Assembly: GCA_964470745.1 (NCBI GenBank)
Contig: CAYYEC010000047.1
Location: 1-13,127, forward strand
Source: an uncultured Eubacteriales bacterium
GTDB taxonomy: Bacteria; Bacillota; Clostridia; DSM-8532; CAYYEC01
DNA: 13,127 nucleotides
Direction of reading: 5' to 3'
Every line of letters starts with the position of its first letter. Position 1 is the first letter of the stretch. The notes under the pieces are model-generated. The model did not search any database. It was not told the origin of the DNA and saw only the letters and a list, made by a program, of their open reading frames with translations. Position numbers and translations under genes: made by a program. Below are positions 12,532 to 13,127 of this stretch, piece by piece.

Positions 12532-13127
12532 ATGATAAATTTTGAGTTTTTAAGTCCTACAAAAATAATATTCGGAAAAGGTACTGAAAGTAAGGTTGGT
12601 AGTGAGACTTGTAAATATAGCAAAAAGATTTTACTTCATTATGGAGGCGGAAGCATAAAAAGATCCGGTCTTTATGATAAGGTAGTTAAGTCTTTAAGTG
12701 AAAGTGGAGTGGAATTTCTTGAGCTTGCAGGAGTTAAGCCAAACCCAAGGCTTAACATGGTTAATGAAGGTATTGAATTATGTCGTAAGGAAGATATCAA
12801 CTTTATACTTGCTGTGGGTGGTGGAAGTGTAATTGATTCTGCTAAAGCTATTGCAATGGGAATACCATATAAAGGTGATGTGTGGGATTTCTATACAGGT
12901 AATGCAGAAGCTAAGGAAGCGCTGCCAATCGGAGTAATTCTTACAATTCCTGCGGCAGGTAGTGAAGCAAGTCCAGCTACGGTTATTACAAATGAAGATG
13001 GATGGTATAAGCGTGGAGTAAATGCGGAGGTACTAAGACCCGTTTTTTCCATACTAAATCCGGAACTTACATACACGCTGCCGCTAAACCAGACTGTTGC
13101 AGGTGCAGCTGACATAATGGCCCATAT
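12532..13127 (+). CDS. Iron-containing (group III) alcohol dehydrogenase, NADH-dependent butanol-dehydrogenase-like; N-terminal 198 codons, continuing beyond the window
   Basis: GGAGG (12520-12524) is 7 nt before ATG 12532. The translation is MINFEFLSPTKIIFGKGTESKVGSETCKYSKKILLHYGGGSIKRSGLYDKVVKSLSESGVEFLELAGVKPNPRLNMVNEGIELCRKEDINFILAVGGGSVIDSAKAIAMGIPYKGDVWDFY...LPIGVILTIPAAGSEASPATVITNEDG...VLRPVFSILNPELTYTLPLNQTVAGAADIMAH. This closely follows the BdhA/BdhB pattern (PTKVFFGKG...YGGGSIKRNGIYD...ELSGVEPNPR...LAIGGGSAIDCSK...GDTWD...LPIASILTLSATGSEMD...DPTYTYTVPKNQTAAGTADIMSH). It is absent from the ORF track because it has no stop in the window. Confidence 0.8.
   Translation, partial: MINFEFLSPTKIIFGKGTESKVGSETCKYSKKILLHYGGGSIKRSGLYDKVVKSLSESGVEFLELAGVKPNPRLNMVNEGIELCRKEDINFILAVGGGSVIDSAKAIAMGIPYKGDVWDFYTGNAEAKEALPIGVILTIPAAGSEASPATVITNEDGWYKRGVNAEVLRPVFSILNPELTYTLPLNQTVAGAADIMAH

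Noticed and set aside
12891-13115. 74-aa minus-strand ORF
   Set aside because: It is antisense to the iron alcohol dehydrogenase CDS, which is strongly supported by BdhA/BdhB-like motifs.
1-13127. Mobile elements, CRISPR arrays, tRNA/rRNA genes
   Set aside because: No transposase, integrase or recombinase-like translation appears in any frame. There are no regularly spaced direct repeats with unique spacers, and no tRNA-like cloverleaf candidates or rRNA-like GC-rich blocks. The window looks like a chromosomal carbohydrate-utilisation neighbourhood.

Overview
This is a low-GC window (about 28-30% GC), probably from a Clostridium-type Firmicute, with 14 supportable coding features. The main feature is a sugar-sensing 'three-component system' (3105-7249) next to a paralogous ABC transporter (7563-12286).

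From left to right the window contains:
- The 3' end of an NCS2/AzgA-type purine permease (1-147).
- Two stacked hairpins (162-275). One is a 30-bp perfect inverted repeat.
- A convergent minus-strand DUF1836-like gene (273-854) broken by a single in-frame TAA.
- A small membrane protein (1117-1377) translationally coupled to an SPFH/band-7 lipoprotein (1380-2318).
- A small membrane protein (2543-2866), preceded by an 18-bp perfect inverted repeat and an unlisted 46-aa ORF.
- The three-component system: a membrane-anchored YtfQ-like sugar-binding sensor (3105-4106), a YesM/LytS-type histidine kinase (4129-5613) and a YesN-type response regulator with an AraC helix-turn-helix (5657-7249).
- A 313-bp extremely AT-rich regulatory region (7250-7562).
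- The YtfQRT-YjfF-type ABC transporter: lipoprotein binding protein (7563-8588), tandem ATPase (8744-10255) and two permeases (10258-11337, 11312-12286).
- The 5' part of an iron-type (butanol-dehydrogenase-like) alcohol dehydrogenase gene (12532-13127).

The system resembles the XylFII-LytS-YesN xylose sensor of C. beijerinckii in architecture, but it uses a different binding-protein family and a different transporter type. Its ligand is unknown and may be a furanose sugar. There are no rRNA, tRNA, CRISPR, transposase or integrase signals.
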